A stretch of 57,710 bases of DNA, counting the filler, from Dirinaria sp. TL-2023a (Eukaryota): assembly GCA_051941275.1 (NCBI GenBank). It is 4 parts of 4 records of this genome, joined end to end, with 100 filler letters (N's around TTAATTAATTAA, not from the genome) between each part and the next. Parts side by side here need not be neighbours in the genome. Positions count along the whole stretch, not along the records: positions 1 to 14,407 come from JAVEBF010000609.1; positions 14,508 to 28,893 come from JAVEBF010000610.1; 2 more parts are not named here. One strand, 5' to 3'. Of the stretch, positions 12,497 to 24,179 are shown piece by piece. How positions within the stretch are numbered: position 1 is the first letter of the stretch; every line of letters starts with the position of its first letter. The notes beneath the pieces were generated by a model. The model saw only the letters and a program-made list of their open reading frames with translations, did not search any database and was not told the DNA's origin. A program made the position numbers and the translations under genes.

Positions 12497-14127
12497 ATGC
12501 TCGCCACTACCCAATTGCTCCCTACATTACCAATACTGCCCTCACCAAAGGCTCATTTGAGTGAACATGTAGTTCACGACTATGCGAGGAGTATGGATGC
12601 CCTCCTTCGAGAAGTCCAGGTGTCGTTCGAAAGCCAATTACCCATCGAAACCCTTCTCTCCCTCTCCCAGAAGCTCCAGGCTGAGCTCAGAGAAAACCTC
12701 GTGTCGAGCCCCCAATCTATGCTACCTTCCCACAACTACATCCTGCCGACTGGGAAAGAGCGAGGAACATATCTGGCATTGGAAGTTGGGGGATCCACCT
12801 TGAGGGTGGCATTGGTCGATCTGGATGGGAGAAAAAACGGCAAGCCAACTCTGAAGATACGGCGCAGTGAGAATTCGCCCATCACCATGGCTGTGCGCAG
12901 ACTGGAAGGCCTGGAGTTTTTTGACTGGATAGCGGAGAGGATTCGAGACATGCTGGCAATGGACAAGGAAGCTTACAAGCAGATGCTAAGCAAGCCTCTA
13001 CGCATGGGCGTTGCTTGGGCTTTCCCAATTGAGTATGTATACGCGCCTCTCAATGCTTAGTAGAAGCCACTGACTCTCCTTTTTCCACCCTTGCTAGCCA
13101 GAAGTCCTTCCGAAGCGGCAATGTCCTGGGCATGGGGAAAGGATTTCGATGCTCTCCGGCAGTGACGGGGCGCGACCTTGGTAAGACGATAACGCAAGCT
13201 TGCCAGCGTGCGGTAAGTCTATCACAGCTCGTCCAAGGCTTATCTTTGACGGTCCATCAGGGTATCAATACGCGCCTAGACGCAATTGTGAACGACTCTT
13301 CCGCCACCCTGCTCTCCCGAGCTTACGTAGACCCTTCGACACGCATGGCCATGATTCTTGGTACAGGCTTTAACGCTGCAATTTATTTACCTATAGCCTC
13401 GCTGCACCGCAGCAAATTCAACGGCAGAACGATGCCCTCTACTAAAGATATTAGCCATGTACTCGTCAATACTGAGCTCAGCATGCTCGGGAAGCACGCA
13501 TTCAAGAAGACCCGTTGGGACACACATCTCAACAGCATGCACATCATGCCAGACTATCAACCGTTAGAATACCTCGTCGCCGGTGGCTATATCAGCGAAT
13601 TGGTGCGACTGATCATGGTTGAAGCAACGGAGTCAGGGCTCTTTGGTGGCGTCATGCCCCCTACAATGATAACTCCATATTCATTGGACGCACGCCTCCT
13701 AGCAACGATTGAAACCGACACGTCCCGCTCCTTTTCTGCATCCCGCAAAGCCTTTCAGGAACAACACCCTTGCTCTACCCCACCCTCGCCTCTCGACATA
13801 TACTTCTCCCAACAAATCATCCGCTCCGTCACCCGCCGCTCAGCCGCTTTTGTCGCCGTGGGCATCCATGCGCTCACATCGTTGCTGGACGATATGGAGA
13901 AACGACATCAAGTCAACGCTGGCGGCGGCCTTGATTACGTGAGTATCGGTTGTGATGGCAGTATCATCAACAAATACCCGAACTACATGGACCGGTGCCA
14001 GCAGCTCATGGATCGGATGATTGAGTTGGAGGGCAAGGGTCGAACGCGGGTTGTACTCGAAAAGACCAAGGATAGTGCAGTCTGTGGTGCGGGGGTTGCT
14101 GTAGCCATGGCTGCCATGGGAAAGTAA
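12497..14127 (+). CDS. Hexokinase-like protein, N-acetylglucosamine kinase (Nag5/HXK3)-XprF type; 3 exons
   Basis: LALEVGGSTLRV, AWAFPI..Q..SG..MGKGF, IVNDSSATL, ILGTGFNAA, VNTELSM, QPLEY and GAGVA. Introns at about 13034-13097 and 13213-13260. An extra upstream exon is possible. Confidence 0.85.
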
Positions 14128-14407
14128 AGGGGCTGGTTCCCCGTCTGTTCATACATGATTTTTTGGGGGTTTGGTGGCCTTCGTGCATAGCATGGGATTA
14201 TCATTTGGAATGGCTGCAGCGGAAGCCTGGGCACGAATCCGACAACGGCACGGTATTTTTGGAACTAATATCCTCTCTCCCAGCCTTGCTGCCAGGGTCA
14301 AAGGGGAGCGCGATTGCATAGGGGCAGTTTGTCCAACCGGCCAGCCAGCCGACGTCAGTGCCCCCAATAACGGATATACCGAAGCGGGGGGGGCGCTTCT
14401 GGGGGGC

Positions 14408-14507
14408 NNNNNNNNNNNNNNNNNNNNNNNNNNNNNNNNNNNNNNNNNNNNTTAATTAATTAANNNNNNNNNNNNNNNNNNNNNNNNNNNNNNNNNNNNN
14501 NNNNNNN
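14408..14507. other. Artificial contig spacer N44-TTAATTAATTAA-N44
   Basis: Exactly 100 nt; the central 12-mer gives stop codons in all six frames. Confidence 0.98.
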
Positions 14508-15203
14508 GTTTTGGAATGTGAGGGTGTGGTATTGTTGAGAATGGCTTTTGCACACACACAGAGAGAGAGAGAAGTGGAGGAGGGGGGAGGGGGGATTAAC
14601 TTTGCCTGTTGATGTTGTAGCGTTTCTGGTGCAGAGTAATACTCTTGATTCGACATCTTATTTCTGGATGTGGTTTGGGGATTCGATTATGGTTTTGAGA
14701 TGGATTGAGCGGGTTTCGGAGTTGGCGCTTGAGGGAGGTGAAATGATGAGAAGGGGGATTCAACGGGATAAAGAGAGAGATTCAGGCGAAGCAGTATGCC
14801 AGAATCAGGAGTGAAGAAAAGAAAGTGTTGACAAAGACGAAGCATCTATCAGTCAGTGAGGAAGCGCGGCTAGGAAAACCACCGAGTGCGTGCCAGAATT
14901 ATGCTTCATGATCAACACTTTGCATTAGAAACCCGCATGAAGATATTTTGAGGGAATACCGGCTCAGCAAGCTCCACTGCTTTAGCAAGGATAAAGGAGA
15001 TGAGGTTGCACGGACGGAATGCGAGCGCTGGTTTTGATGGTTCTGCTCCTAGCGGGAGCATATTAATGGACATTTTCGCAGACTGACAATCCCCTGATTC
15101 CAAATTGAAAGAAAACGAGGACAAAAACAAGCAAAGCTGTGGTGGTTACATATCGACGTCCGGGTACTTGGCACTTACGCCTGGTCCCTTCAGCCGGACC
15201 TCT

Positions 15204-16623
15204 TTACTTCCCCGGCATTCCAGCTCTCAGATTCTCATACTCGGCCAGTGGATAACGCAAGCAATTCTCCGTCTCATCCATCCCGCCCTCGTCGGCCCAC
15301 ACTCTCGCTGCGGTTCCGATCAAGCTCTGCGCTCCCTGCTTATCAGCACTCGCTTCCCAGAACATGCTCCCTCCAAGACCGCGCTTGCACGCATACTCCG
15401 TTTTCCGGAGCACCTCCTGCTCCGTATCATAGCTAACCAGCGTTTGAGCCGAAGAGTCGAAGCTGTAGCTGGCTCCAGCGACGTCGTCGTACATCTGAGG
15501 AGCACCGGGCCGAGGCAGGTCTTTATAGTCCCAGATACCGTTTTCCCAACTCCCGGCGCCCACGCCACTGAAAGGTTGGCCCAAGCCGGAAGTGCCGGCG
15601 AAGGCACGGCCGTAGATTGGGATCCCTACTACGATCTTATGAGCGGGCACGCCGGCGGCGATGTAATCCGTCACTGCTTTGTGGGTCGAGAATGGGGTAC
15701 TGTCATGGTTCTGGTCGTTCGGGTACAGATTCGCTTGGTGGCCGCTCTTTTGCGAGAAGGAGCCTGCGTAGTCGTAACACATCATGTTCCAGTGGTCAAG
15801 GTATTGATCCATCTCCTTCAGATGCAGGGTATTATAATTGTGCGGCCCGGCCGGACTTGCGACCGTGAGGAGGAAGTGGTAGTTCAGCCCATTTGTACTG
15901 GAGTATTGATCGAGCGCTTCTCGCACGGCTTGCAGCAGTAACACCATGTCGGTGGCTTGAGCGTCGTTGGCTGGATACTCCCAATCTATATCGAGCCCAT
16001 CGAAACCTAAGTTGGCGAGCAAAGAGACCGAGCTGCTGGCAAATTTGGCGCGACCGGCGGCGCTGGATGCCATGGATGCAAAGGATGGAGAGTAAGTCCA
16101 GCCACCGATACTCAAGAGGGTCTTGAGCTGCCGATGGCGTTTCTTCAGAACGAAGAGCTGCTTCGCGCATCCGTACACATTGTGCCCCGTTTCAGACCAG
16201 GAGTCAGTGGCGAAATGCTTTTCAGTGTCGGCCCAAGTGTCGCTCAGGTACCTGTTCGAGGATCAATTAGACCCTTGGCTCCTTCAGCATAGAAGAGTTC
16301 TTACACCTCGCCAGTGTCCGGTCGGATATTTGCAAACGCGTAGAGTACATGAGTCAGTAGAGATGCTGTTAGATTCTGCGGCAGGAAATTGCGCCCATAG
16401 ATCGCCCTGGAGTACCATTAGCCATCTCAGCGCTGCAGTGGCACAACCGATCTTCCGACCAATTCAAGAAGTATGCTACATTCCTGTACTCTCCAGGGGC
16501 TCGTTTGACCTTGAGTGCCGAAGACGCATCGAGTCCAATTGAATCATTGGAGACGTTGGCGATGTTCTGGCGCGCAAGGATTGCGGAAGTGCAAAGGAGA
16601 CCTAGAAACAGATGAACATGCAT
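15204..16623 (-). CDS. Secreted GH18 endochitinase (Chi42/subgroup A-like); 3 exons
   Basis: Signal peptide [17 protein letters not shown]. Motifs [30 protein letters not shown], catalytic [18 protein letters not shown] and LGGSMFWE. Confidence 0.93.
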
Positions 16624-16898
16624 ATTGGAGGAGTTGCATCGCCGGTTCTAGCTGCATCGAGGGCAAGGAGTTAGGAACGTCTTGTATCCGCTACCCGAGG
16701 AATGCTATGAGGAATGAAGGTCACCCGGCCGAATATGAAACTTCTGCCACTGAAGAATATCGACCTTGAATAAGAACTTGTAACGGACTGTTGACCATAC
16801 ACAACACTCTGGCCGTAGCAAGTATGATGAATTGGCTTGCGTTACATATGAAAAAGGTTTTGCTTTCAATCGTGCAATGCGAGCTGTTGATCAAATCC

Positions 16899-19800
16899 CT
16901 AGTTGCTCTGGAACAGTGCGATCGTATCGGGAAACACGTTGACATTGTCAGTGTAACTTGCCAGGCTCTTCCCATTCACATTAACCATAGATGTTGCTCC
17001 AACCGTGTTAAGATTATACACATTAATATTCGAAGAGTTTTCGATGTCGACAATCATCGTCTGGCAAGTTTCGCCGTTGCCGGCTGCTGAGCAGGCTGTT
17101 TTACCACCGTCAGCGTTTCAATAAGTCTCTAGAATGGTGACGATTGTAAGAGACCAAAAATGGACGTACAAGTGTTGTAATTGTTGAAAAAGCTGTAATG
17201 ACCAGCGCTATAAATGAGAATGTTCTGGGAGTCAACGATCCGAAGGCCCCATCCATCGGCGCTGTTGCCGGGAATACCTTGGGATGAGGCAGTAGTATTG
17301 GGATCATTGAGGGAGACTACAGCCGGGAACGGGATAGTTGCGTTCGGATTCGGCTGGTAATATCTGCGTCATAGTAAGTACAGCCGTCACACAGGGGCCT
17401 GCCCGCTGATGCAAAGGCGCTACGCCGCTTACGCTGTCTCTGTCTGTATCAGGCCGGCGAAGATATTAGAGGTATTGGCGAATTGATACTGATATAGGGC
17501 ATGGTGCTCGACCGCTGTTCCAACCCTAGTAGCACTGTCAGTCTTCAGCATTCGTGGGACTACTGTACGTCTTACAGCCAGATTGTTCCACTTGTGCTCT
17601 CGATATATAAGCCCCGTCCAGTGTAGACTGTGATCTGCGTACTAAGTCATGCTTAGCCCAGGAATATTCATGTGGATGCTCTGGCTCTTCAATTACCTGC
17701 TCGCGTCGTCAAGGTCATGATCAGCGGTCCACAGCCAGACATTCTCAAGGTATAGCCCGCTCGCACTTCTAGTGACGTGCATAGTCAAGTAAGCAGCAAT
17801 GCAGTCGGTTTTCACTGGTGCTGGTGGTGTGGTAGCGGTGGGCGTAGTTGGGCATTGACCGACTTGCAAGCTCGAGCCTGTGAAACCACCTAGCACAGTC
17901 GTTGGTCACTGCCTGTTCTGCTTTTGTATGGGTTGTTCGACCCACCTATCCTGGCGTGCACATCCCATAATCCAGTAGGGCTTCTTGAGGATGCAGCAAG
18001 GTTGACTTCAAAAAGTACAGCTCCCGCTTGGTAGCCCTCAGTGCTAACAATCATGTCCGACCACTCAATCGAACCAGTCTCTCCCGGGTTACCAATACAT
18101 ACAGCTGGCTTGGGATTAGTTACATCGGCGAAGAACTTTCCGCTTGACAGGATGACGGAATAGCTTTCACCAACGATCTTAGAGCCTGGTGGGATGTAGA
18201 TAGTCTCAGTGACTTTATAGACACCGAAGTCGAAGAAAACAACCTCATTCTCGGTTGCTGCTCCAGTGAGGACCTGTTGAATAGCCGCTGTGTCATCGGT
18301 GACCCCGTCTCCCTTCGCACCAGCAGAACGTACGCTCCTAACCTGGCTGAGTGGTGTTGTGGCATACTGCGGCTTTGATCGCTCGTAAAATTTACCACCA
18401 TCCTCTAAAAGGCTGCTTGGTCGAGTAAATGGCGTGATTGAGCCTTGGAAAGGGGTCGGGCCATCAGGTGTATACGAATTTCCTTCGCCCCAAGCATTGA
18501 TCGTCATCGAATTGGTGGATCCAGCGAGCAAAGTACTACCCCTAGGTCCACTCACTGCTACTGGTACATTTTGTAGCTGCACGTTCTCCAGAATAAGGCT
18601 CCCCGCAGCCTTCGGCTGCGAGTTGTTGCCACGCGCTGTGGCAATGCCTACTTTCGTATTACTGATAGAAGAGTCGATAAATGTTACAGAACCGACGGTA
18701 AGCGCTCCTGCGTTTATTGATGACATGTTGAGGCCAGTGCTGCAGTTGTTGATGGAAATAGATTTATACGTCCAGCCCCAATCCCACAGCTGGTTGATAG
18801 CGGTAACGGCATTGTAAAATGTCAGATTCCTCATCGTAAACTGCTGGTTACCGAAGCTAGCACCGTTAAGTCCGCCATAAAAAACAAGGTCGTTTAAGAG
18901 GCCGCCAGAACCTGCAATTCACTTGTTACTTGCCGTTTTGTTCCAAAACTAAATTTGGATCCAGCCGGAGATACTGTGTAGTCTAGTACCGCTCCGTAAA
19001 AAGCACCGAAGACAAATTGGGCATTCGCGTTCTAAAGCTTCCAGGGCCAATGGATGCCGCGCTAGGTCGAGACAGGCACGACCCGGATATTTTCGACGAA
19101 AGGAAATCAGAAGCGAAGCTTACCTTCCTCGATTAAGATACCCAGATGCTGCGTTCCGGGAGCATCACTCATCTGAAACACGACGTTTTGCAAACTTGTT
19201 GACTGCGCAGTAGGCCAATGAATGCCGGTGACTGGTGATGTGGAAGGGATATTGGTCATATCGATGATGAAATTGCGGATTTGCCTATAGAAGACGTTGG
19301 TACTCCCAAAACCTAAGCCACCCGCCCCATACGGATCTCCATCGATGACGCCGATGGTACCAGGCCTGTTGGTAAAGTTTGCGAGAGGTCTAAGGATGGG
19401 TAGGCAGTTGGGATTCCCAATGAGCTGAGTCTCATAATAGTCAATCAAGGGGCCAGTGAGGAGATACGTGCCGGCGGGGAAATAAACAACAGCAGGTGAG
19501 GTGGTAGACGATTGGCAGCTACCTGGAGCACATCTGCCGCCACTGCTAATGGCGTTATTAATCGCAGCAGTGTCATCCGCGCTACCGTCACCTAAGCAGC
19601 TTTCAGCTTCCAATATAAGCGACTATGCAGGTTTAGGTCGATACCTTTGGCACCAAAGTCTTTCACATTGCGGAAAACTTGGTAAGCTGTTGGATCAGGA
19701 TGAAAAGGAGATAGACCTTGGTGGTCGATTTCCTCCAGCCAATACGAACAAGCCGAGGCCGGAGGGGGACTTGATGGAGGTGGCGTTCCAGTCTCCGTGG

Positions 19801-19960
19801 CCTTCGTGGCTGTACCGGTGGGCTTACGGTATGATTGCCAGTGATGGAAGCGTGAACGAACATACTGCGCGTCCTGCGCTACTTGGGGAATTTGGTAGTG
19901 AACATGCTGAGCCAAGGATGAACAGCCCAGACCGAGCAATACCAAAAATCCCAGCTGCAT
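16899..19960 (-). CDS. Secreted GH55 exo-beta-1,3-glucanase, multi-exon
   Basis: Signal peptide; FRNVKDFGAKGDG.DDTAAIN, VVYFPAGTYL, FYRQIRNF, HWPTAQSTSLQN, a second GAKGDGVTDDT repeat, WLWTADHDLD, VEHH.LYQYQ and QTET.YYQP. Stop TAG at 16901-16899. Includes a 212-nt intron at 18912-19123. Confidence 0.92.
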
Positions 19961-21095
19961 TGATAGCGAGAGATACTAAGAGATCAAAGGCGGAAGAAAG
20001 CAGAATTGAGTACCTGGAACAAGTAGCGAATAAGAGACGCAAATGATAAAGTACATGAAGATACATGTAGTTCATAAACCGTCTTGTGTGAGACCTACAT
20101 CTCCTTTCTTTTTCGGTCATGACGTGACCACATTTCGCAAGTGTGCAACTGCGGTGCCACACTATGCCGTCAGTGATGGAAAGGGGATGCGAGAGTATCT
20201 GACCATCTCAGACACCCATCAAGAAGTAGACCTTAATGGTTGGTTGCCTTGTTGGGGCGTGAGTGCATGCATAGTGCTCTCTATAAAAGTGGCTATGGCA
20301 GTGCTCGAGCTCCAGCGAAGCTTATGCAGGATCATGTCGCTAGCCAGGCCAGCTAAGGAGAACTGAAACGCACAGAACGGGAGCAACAACCTCCGAAGCC
20401 TTTCCGTTGACTACTGTATGAAATGGGATCTCATCCGAGCACCGACCATTTCCATCAATGCTCAGCGAATGTGGTGTTGAGAGGCGTTTGCGGGGAAGAG
20501 TCCAAACCACGGCTGGGTTTGGGGTAGCGCTAAGCTATTCAAGTACGACATCTTAAGGTATTATGATGATGCAGGGTAGCACTTGCTGCGCGGGGAACTT
20601 CGGATGGTAGAGAAAAGGTTGATCAGGTATACAGTAAGGGGGGATGAAAGTAGAAACGTAGAAGAGAAGATAAATGCCAAGAACTTGCCGTAGTTACCGA
20701 GGCTCTATAGGTAAGCTCGGTTGGGTACCTTAAGGTACGCTCTGTAATAATGTACGTCAGTCAGCTTCGGGCGGGCTCACTGGAAGCTTGGTATATGCTT
20801 GATTCTGATTCCATCCGATTCCGATCTCGAGCGCTGTAAGTAGGTACTTAAGGTAAAATGAGATATTACCTCTCTCGCCTCTTACCCGAGCCAAACAAAC
20901 TCCCACAGCTGCTTTGCGCAGCGTCTGCTCGAGAGCGAGAACGAGAAAGAAGCCCCTCCTGCAATGCCAAGGACGATAATCGAAGAAGCGCGTCATGACG
21001 AACAAAGGGGGGTGGAATTCTGCACTCTGCCCTTCTTCCGCAGCGATTGGCCATAATCATCAACTGCTCCCAACCTTTACCTGCAAAAAACATAC

Positions 21096-21815
21096 ATGAC
21101 TCTCTGCAGTAGACGACGCATCGATGGCTTCGTACGCAAACATGCTTGATCTCCTGTTGAACGACCCCCAACGCTGACGTTTCCATCCCAGGGTCCGACC
21201 TCGCACACGTACAGCGACATCCTTACATCCTGCTTCCTCGACACAGTCCTCATCCCGCTTTGTACCTGGCTGTATCTTGTTACTCTCTTGATCCTCGTCT
21301 TGCTCTCGCGACCAAGATGCCGCCGCCTCTCCATTTTCCCTAAATTTGACAATGGCGTGGAGGAAGAGTCCAAGACAAACGACGCCAAGCGCCTGTGGAC
21401 AGGGAGGAGCAAAGCTCAGAGGGGGTTTCTGGTTCTATACTGCCTTCTTCTCGTGGCGCAGATCTTGATGTGCATCCTCGAAATCACGCGGCTGTCGATT
21501 GCCGGATTGGGTATCGGCCTGCTGCCCTTTACCATTGTGTCTCTCGCCGTCGCCGGCTCGGTCCGCCTTAGTTCAGGGCTCAATGGCAGGCTTTGGCGGT
21601 GGAAGTGGGCAAACCTGGCGCTGTGGGTGGAGCTAGGCGTCGTCACTGTGGTGAAGATTGTGGAAGAGGCGAAAGAGCTGAAGAGCGGGCGAAGGAGGGA
21701 TCGAGATGGGGGGATGGCGGGGAAGTATAAGGTCGAGGATGAAATCACGGACGTTGGGGTCATGCTAGGGGTCTACTTGGCATTGGGGATCTTGGAGGGG
21801 CTGCTGAAGGATTGA
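21096..21815 (+). CDS. Small multi-pass membrane protein with an ABCC/MRP TMD0-like N-terminus; 2 exons
   Basis: MTLCSRRRIDGF plus intron 21132-21191 joins in frame to GPTSHTYSDILTSCFLDTVLIP, followed by about 5 hydrophobic segments. Confidence 0.7.
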
Positions 21816-23342
21816 AGAATTGACGGGCTAAGATTCTGGGCCGAAACAAGGGATTTGATCGTAAAATGTCCAGTTCTCGTCCGAGCTGTTGTGAAAAGGC
21901 TTCATTACAGGAACGACATAATCCTGTCAAATTTGGTTATCTTCAGAAACAGCAGCACCTTGTATAAAATACACACTGGTCGGTACGGCACTGGTACGAG
22001 GGGCCCAAGCCAGCAAGGACATTCGAAGATTTAGCAGCCTATGCCTACAGAGAGCTTCTATGTTAGCATATTTTCCATGAGGAGCACTCAGTGTCGTTTT
22101 CCCACTCGACGTGCTGGGATGCCTGGTCATGCAGTTGTGGGTGTTGCATCGTAGCAAGAGCCTAAGACAGCCGCGCTCGCTGAGTGCTAAGCAATCATCA
22201 AGCGCGATCGATATACGTGACACTAAGGGACGGGACTAAAGGCGTTTCCATGCAGTTATTGAAACTCCACGGTACTATTCAAAAGATCTAGTCGCCACCG
22301 GGAACAGTAAGAATCTTCGAAGATGAAAAAGTCTATGATCCTTACTTCCAGGTGATTGTATCGCGAGTGGGGGGTTCCCTTGCAGAGAGAATTTTCGGAG
22401 AGCGAACAAGCGCTAGTCCTGACGATCAAGGATCATTGGACTTCTAGCTGATGCTTGTATCGTGCAAATTGCCAAGCGTCTAAGAAATGCCAATACCTGC
22501 GAGGGAACTTGAAGTTAATAAAGCTGGCTGAAGGGGCAATGAACGGGTTCCTAGGAAGTGGTCGATTGCCTCAAAATCCAACCGGTTTGGAAGCAGTAGC
22601 CGCTGTATTTCAAGTGTCGAGGCCGAGCAACCTAAGTCACCGCAGCTCTGTTAATTACCATGTCGTAACCACCTTAGCAAGCTCAAGCCATTTGCAACGA
22701 TACCATGGCGAATACAGTCGTAAAACAACCTCAAGCTCTGTCGAGCAAGCTCCAGCTTGTGCCCAGGACGCCAGATATCCTACTGACCCATTCGTGAGGC
22801 AATTATCAGGTTCTGATAGGTCGGGCCAGCGCAGACCTCGGGCCCGAAGTGTTTCCTGTTTCCGGTTCTGCATAATGACACGGAGTACCATGAGAACCCG
22901 CTGGCTGTGATCGACTAAGTCCGTATTACTTGAGATGGCAAGAGAAAGCCAAGTCTACTGCTTGCCAGCCTGTTCTATATTTGACTCCATGCTACTGACG
23001 TGTTGGTCAAGACAACGGGCGTATTGCTCAGTTAAGTCCGGCTCGTTGAAGCCTTGTGATACTTCCCCAGAGCTATGATATCCGAATTATCAGCCATTCT
23101 CCACTGTCTGAAATTCATTAAACCAGCAAACGTCGGCTTAGTTCTTGTGTCGTCACTGTAAGCCAAGGGTTTAGACCCGCTGCAGCCAAGGTGGGCCAAG
23201 ATGAATGACGCGTATTTCTTGTTGCAGCGGACGAATAAATGTCCCATTCGCCGTCGGATGTGATGCTTTATCAATCGAGGGGTTCTCATATTAAGAGCGT
23301 GCCTTTTCGAGATTGTTGCATTGATTGACCCAGCTTGCCACA

Positions 23343-24179
23343 ATGTCGACGGAACGTGATAATAAGAGACTCTCCGCGCCATTCCCAGACGAGTTACCAA
23401 CCATGGTAGTGGTTCAGGGATCCTTTCAGACTCCTCAGGTTTACGAAGGGTTCGAGCAAAGCCTTGTCGACTTGGGATACCCTGTCGTTCATCCCATCCT
23501 CCCAAGTTGCCATATGCCGCACGATGCAGAATTACCAAAACGAACTCTTGTCGACGATGCATACTCTGTTCGCCGAGAGCTATCTCGGCTTATCGAGCGG
23601 GAGGGAATGACCGTGTCTGTAGTCATGCACGGGTACGGAGGCATAGTCGGCAGTGAAGCGATTTTAGAACAGTTCAATTTGAAAAGTCGGCAATCTCAAG
23701 GTCTTCTTGGAGGCGTCATCCATCTCTTCTACATCAGTGCCTGCATATTAGCACAAGATCAGTCAATGCTCAGCACCTTCGAAGGATCCCTCAACAATGA
23801 CCTAAGCGTATGTACCGCTTCGTCCCCCAATTCGCATCAATGACGAGAGCTTAGATTCGTCCAGCATGATGGACTTCTTACTATCCGCGATGCACAGAAC
23901 ACCCTGTACAACGATCTTCCAGCATCAGAGGCGTCGACCTGGGCCTCGCGGCTTATACCCCAATCACGGAAAGTTCAAGATGGTAAACTTACAAATACAG
24001 CGTGGCGCAACATCCCGTCGACCTATCTGATCTGTGAGAAGGACCGGGCAGCCCCACCAGAATATCAGGAAAGGTTTGCTGCGAGTGCTCAGTCGCACGT
24101 GAGGAGGTGTAGCGCAGGTCACACGCCAATGTTAAGCCAACCAGGCATGCTTGCCCAGAAGGTTGCGGACGCTCTGTAA
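23343..24179 (+). CDS. Alpha/beta-hydrolase fold protein (Abhydrolase_6/methylesterase-like) lacking the nucleophilic Ser; 2 exons
   Basis: VVVQGSFQTP, VVMHGYGG, LYNDLP, AWRNIPSTYLICEKDRA and AGHTPMLSQP. Intron 23808-23864. Confidence 0.85.

Noticed and set aside
14452..14463. TTAATTAATTAA repeated three times as a regulatory site or transposon target site
   Set aside because: It always sits centred in N44 flanks, so it is a synthetic linker.
9409..19960. Apparent chitin-utilisation cluster (Ngt1-like transporter, GlcNAc kinase, chitinase, glucanase)
   Set aside because: It spans the artificial spacer at 14408-14507 between size-sorted contigs, so the adjacency is not evidence of linkage.
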